Shown here one piece after another: positions 60,178-64,000 of a stretch of DNA of 64,000 nucleotides (positions are counted from its first letter, which is position 1; the number at the start of each line of letters is the position of its first letter). The translations under genes and the position numbers were made by a program. Source of the DNA: Entomortierella parvispora E1425 (taxonomy: Eukaryota > Fungi > Mortierellomycota); assembly GCA_020891255.1 (NCBI GenBank), contig BQFW01000012.1, positions 620,001 through 684,000 on the forward strand, given 5' to 3'. Below the pieces are notes generated by a model that was not told the origin of the DNA, did no database searches, and saw only the letters and a list, made by a program, of their open reading frames with translations.

Positions 60178-62275
60178 ATGTTCTCGAGACTCCGTACCAT
60201 TCCATATTCATGCAAGCCTGCCTGGACCTTCGCGACATCAACACCGTTCTCGCCAGCGGCCATGGTCGCAACCAGGACGCGTCGACATGCTTTTCATTCC
60301 GACTCCACAGTCGAAGTCATCCCGGAAGCCAACTACAATGTCGTCTTTGATATTGATGGAGTCCTCATCAAGGTTCGTCTAAAGGCATCGGCCAACCTTC
60401 TTATATTTCTTTTCCTCTTGCTCCTTAACTTTTCCTTGCCAGAGTTGCATCCCTCCTCCACCAACTTTTATCCGCCATCGAACCTCACACAAAGCTAAGC
60501 AGTTTCGTTTTTCCTTTTTTTTTTGTTGACCTTTTTTATCACTGTTACCTCTGATCTCACAGGGAAGTCAAGTCTTGCCACAAACTCGACACGCCTTGGG
60601 ACTGTTACAATCGTAGGTTCTTTATTTAGGCATGGATCAGCTGCATTTCACCTCTGCGTATTTCGTGATTTTTGCTGAGGTATTCAAGTTCTCCCTTTGC
60701 ATTTTCCTTTTCCGATCCAGGAACAATGTCCCCTACATCTTTTTGACCAACGGAGGTGGACTCAAGGAGGTCGACAAGGCGGAGCAACTCAGCAAAAAGA
60801 TTGGTGTCCATGTAAGATGATTCATTTCTTCTCTCACTCCCGTGCCACCAGCAGTGCAACGACAGGGATGATCTCTGCAAACACAAAAAAAATTAAGAGC
60901 AGTGATGACATGTCACCCACAGGAAAAAGTCTTTAACCCACACACACACACACACACACACACAAACAAATCGCCCTGTAATTATAGATCTCGCCAAAAC
61001 AATTGATCCTCTCTCATTCCCCAATGCGGGCCTTGGCTTCACAATACGAGGACAAGAATGTGTTGATTGTTGGTGGCAATGGATCGGACTGTCGCAGGGT
61101 CGCCGAATACTATGGATTCAAGAATGTGGTCACCCCGGAGGAAGTTCATGCTGTTTATCCCGCCGTCTGCCCTAGCTCTGCACTCGAGGTCCGATCTGTC
61201 CCTCTGCCCGAGGTAGGAAGGAGGGCAGCCATTCTCTGGAATAGAAATAATGAGAAAACTGATACTGACCTGTGAACTCTGTTGTTGACCGGATCTATTT
61301 AGAAATACTTGCAGAATGTGCATCGTCCAGTAGATGCGATCATGGTCTTTCATGATTCTGTGGACTGGGGTCGTGATCTGCAAGTGATGCTCGATGCATT
61401 GATTTCAAAAGGTCAGTCCAAAGCCAATGGCATGCTATCAAGTTCTACCACAGGAAAAATGGTTTTAGCAATTCTTATCTTTTGCATTATTTTTCTACAC
61501 AGGAGGTGACCTCGGCACAGTGAAGACGGAGACGGAGCTTCACACAACCAAGCAAAGCGTCCCACTGTATTTTTCCAATGCTGACATGGTATGACGGTGT
61601 TTATAGTCATGACCTTTGTGTTATTCGGCGGCATATGAGCGTAGGATCTAATATCGATTTGCCCATTCTCTCAAATGGTATAGGTGTGGAGTAACGAGCA
61701 CCCTAACCCAAGATTTGCTCAAGGAACATTCAGATCCTGTCTTGAGCGGATATACAAGGTACGATGAGGAAAATTCTCTGGATTTTCATTTGCATACCAC
61801 AACATGGACAGTTGCTGAATCATCTCTCTAATCTAGGACATGACTGGACATGATCTGGAGTATACCCTCTATGGAAAACCTATGAACGCAACTTATCAAT
61901 ACGCAGAGTCCGTTCTCAATCAGCTGGCTCCTATTCATAATGACGGATTACCACATCGCCGAACCGTCTATGGTAGGTGCTAGACAAGAAAAAAGAAAAG
62001 ATGAAACGTCGCTTAATCTATGCCCATCCTTAATTCCAACAATGCGGCTCATTTTTTTTTTCGTCATGTATTCAGCCATTGGAGACAATCCCTATGCAGA
62101 TATTGCTGGAGCCAATGCATATGGATGGAAGTCGCTGTTGGTCAAGACAGGAGTCTTCAAGCCCCAAGGCGATGAAAACCACCACATCCATCCTGCGACA
62201 GCTGTGGTGGACAATGTTGAGGATGCCGTTCGATGGATTTTGTCCAAGGAAATCTTGAAACAACACCCTTTGTAA
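60178..62275 (+). CDS. HDHD5: HAD-superfamily IIA hydrolase, CECR5/HDHD5-like, mitochondrial presequence, many exons
   Basis: VFDIDGVL motif I, VPYIFLTNGGG, ILSHSPM, IMVFHDSVDWGRDLQ, FSNAD, FAQGTF, YGKP, AIGDNPYADIAGANAYGWKSLLVKTGVF. Confidence 0.9.
60939..60964. repeat. (CA)n microsatellite in an HDHD5-like intron
   Basis: Read directly; about 13 CA units. Confidence 0.9.
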
Positions 62276-62449
62276 ACTGAGATATCTCCCAGACTCTTTT
62301 TTTTTCTTCTTTTTCTCGAGATGCTTTTCATGACTTTTTGCCCCTCCCCTCTCTGCCTTTTCTTCTTGCTCGGTATTCTGTACTTGTACGGTCATAGAGA
62401 TACTTACGATAATACAGTCTAGACTTTTATTTTGTTTTGTGCTGCCCAA

Positions 62450-64000
62450 CTACACTAAAATAACATGACAGCTTGGTACAAGATTCTTGACATGGGTTTC
62501 AAGAGCCATCAAAACGGGTCTTGTCACCAACGAGCCTTCAATCTTGATCTCTTTCAAAGCCAGTCCTGATGTTGTGGGCGTGTCTGCTGCTGCCGCCGTT
62601 CCATCCTCCGTCACTTTCTCTTTGGTGTGTAAAGACGAAGGAGAGGTCAACGCCGCCAAATTATCAAAACAATTCAACAGCACCTTGACTTGTCCATCGG
62701 ACAAATTCGTTCCTACCAGCACCAGTTTCCGCAATTTGTGATTTGTCGATCCTACTGCTGTAGTTATTTCAATCGTTGGTGGCTGCTGCTGTTGTGATGG
62801 TGGCCGTGGCTGGAAAAGAGTCCAAAGGACTGCAGACCAGGCATCCTTCATAAAATCGAGATACCCGAGATAAACAGATTCGAGACGTGGGCTGCTTAGG
62901 GGAATGAGGAGCCACTGGAGGTATGATTCTTGCATGGGGCAATGTATCGTGGTTGAGGCTTGGCCCTTATTGTTCAATGAAACAGGGGAAGGATCCGCCC
63001 GATTCCCAATCACCAGTTCCCGGAGTCGAGGCATGGAGACCACAGCCTCTGAAGCCGAGGTTACGAGAGACGGCACAGAACCAAGGGGGGGCGCGGAGGA
63101 TGATCTCCCACTGGTGACACTGTTACCGATGCTGCCGGCGGTGAAGGTGGTAGGCGGAAATGACCCTGAACGAACATCATGGGAGATAGACCGAGGAATG
63201 GACGAGGGCGATCGATGAGGTGGATTCAAGGGAAAAGACACACTGGGACTCCTGCCAAGTCCTGCGGTTGAGGAAACGATGCCTCCCATTGTATCCCGAG
63301 TCTTAGTTCCCATTGCAAACGTGATGAACTTTTCGTTGGATTCGTCAGAGCTCTTTGGCGGAGTCCATGTACTGTCGACATCAAGACGGTCTTCTCCAGC
63401 CCCACCTCCATCTCCTCCAGGTGCAATCGCCGCTGCTACTGTCACTGCAGCAATCCGTTGAGTGGTTGCAGCTGTCAAGTCCATCATGAGACCAGAGAGT
63501 CCGAACGCCGAGATTTGAAGCCTGGTGATCTGTGCACTGACCCGGAGAATAAACCGGGCAATCAAAGCATTCTGAGAGCCTGCGAACGCTGTTGCAGCTG
63601 CGGCCTTAGCAGCAGCTGGATCCTTGACCTTTCCGGTCGTTGTCGATGCTGACTGGGGCGGCTGCTGCTCTCGAAGAACAATAATATCGAGCTTCTCCAA
63701 GGTCGCCGCTGTAAGCCCAATTACTTTTGCCAATGAATCCATACTCTTCTCGTCCAACGAGGTGATATCCGCATGCAGACTCTGCAATCGCGAAGATACT
63801 ATATCCAGGGATCCTCCTACGCATTCAGGCACAATCGTTCTCAGCGGATTTTTTCGAGTCAAAATTCCTTGCTCCAGAGCCTTCAGGATCTCTTTCGAAA
63901 ACTTGAACCCAGGTGGGATCTTCTTTACAGCCCAACCAAACGATCGAAAGATAGCCTCCCGACCAAACGAATCGGCTCCTGTAAGTTCAAGCACAGTGGC
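62450..64000 (-). CDS. Partial LRR/RNI-like hypothetical protein (C-terminal part; continues beyond the window)
   Basis: Frame of more than 500 codons open to the right edge, with LRR-like units (LEKLDIIV, PRLRELVIG, PRLESVYLGYL, LRKLVLVGTNLSDGQV, LKEIKIEGSLVT). Confidence 0.75.
   Translation of the reverse strand, partial: ATVLELTGADSFGREAIFRSFGWAVKKIPPGFKFSKEILKALEQGILTRKNPLRTIVPECVGGSLDIVSSRLQSLHADITSLDEKSMDSLAKVIGLTAATLEKLDIIVLREQQPPQSASTTTGKVKDPAAAKAAAATAFAGSQNALIARFILRVSAQITRLQISAFGLSGLMMDLTAATTQRIAAVTVAAAIAPGGDGGGAGEDRLDVDSTWTPPKSSDESNEKFITFAMGTKTRDTMGGIVSSTAGLGRSPSVSFPLNPPHRSPSSIPRSISHDVRSGSFPPTTFTAGSIGNSVTSGRSSSAPPLGSVPSLVTSASEAVVSMPRLRELVIGNRADPSPVSLNNKGQASTTIHCPMQESYLQWLLIPLSSPRLESVYLGYLDFMKDAWSAVLWTLFQPRPPSQQQQPPTIEITTAVGSTNHKLRKLVLVGTNLSDGQVKVLLNCFDNLAALTSPSSLHTKEKVTEDGTAAAADTPTTSGLALKEIKIEGSLVTRPVLMALETHVKNLVPSCHVILV

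Overview
Gene-dense, intron-rich fungal nuclear DNA, most likely Mortierellaceae. That call is inferred from the Mortierella-type LRR/RNI proteins, the bacterial-like GNAT family, a retained FIBP gene and short GT-AG introns; no database search was possible. About 30 spliced protein-coding genes are supported. Most are housekeeping (RBBP9-like hydrolase, COX19, glyoxalase II, TDA10-like kinase, DCTN5, MGM1, SNF4, MTR3, WKF-domain protein, SLA1, FIBP, ZNHIT3/HIT1, EMC10, DBT, RNA1, MPS1, LLPH-like, PDI1, HDHD5-like), and many sit in head-to-head pairs. I found no rRNA, tRNA, CRISPR array or intact transposon. The most unusual items are: (1) a near-perfect 63-bp tandem array (56549-57090) whose unit contains three inverted repeats; (2) a three-exon small Cys-rich peptide gene that the ORF track misses (12346-12968); (3) a recurring CMGTCACR (Homol D-like) motif in nine promoter regions; (4) an RRM-less CstF-64-like gene; (5) a frameshifted MFS transporter remnant; (6) two proteins with 11-mer amphipathic repeats. 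Gene spans are start-to-stop including introns and were assembled by eye, so internal splice sites are approximate.
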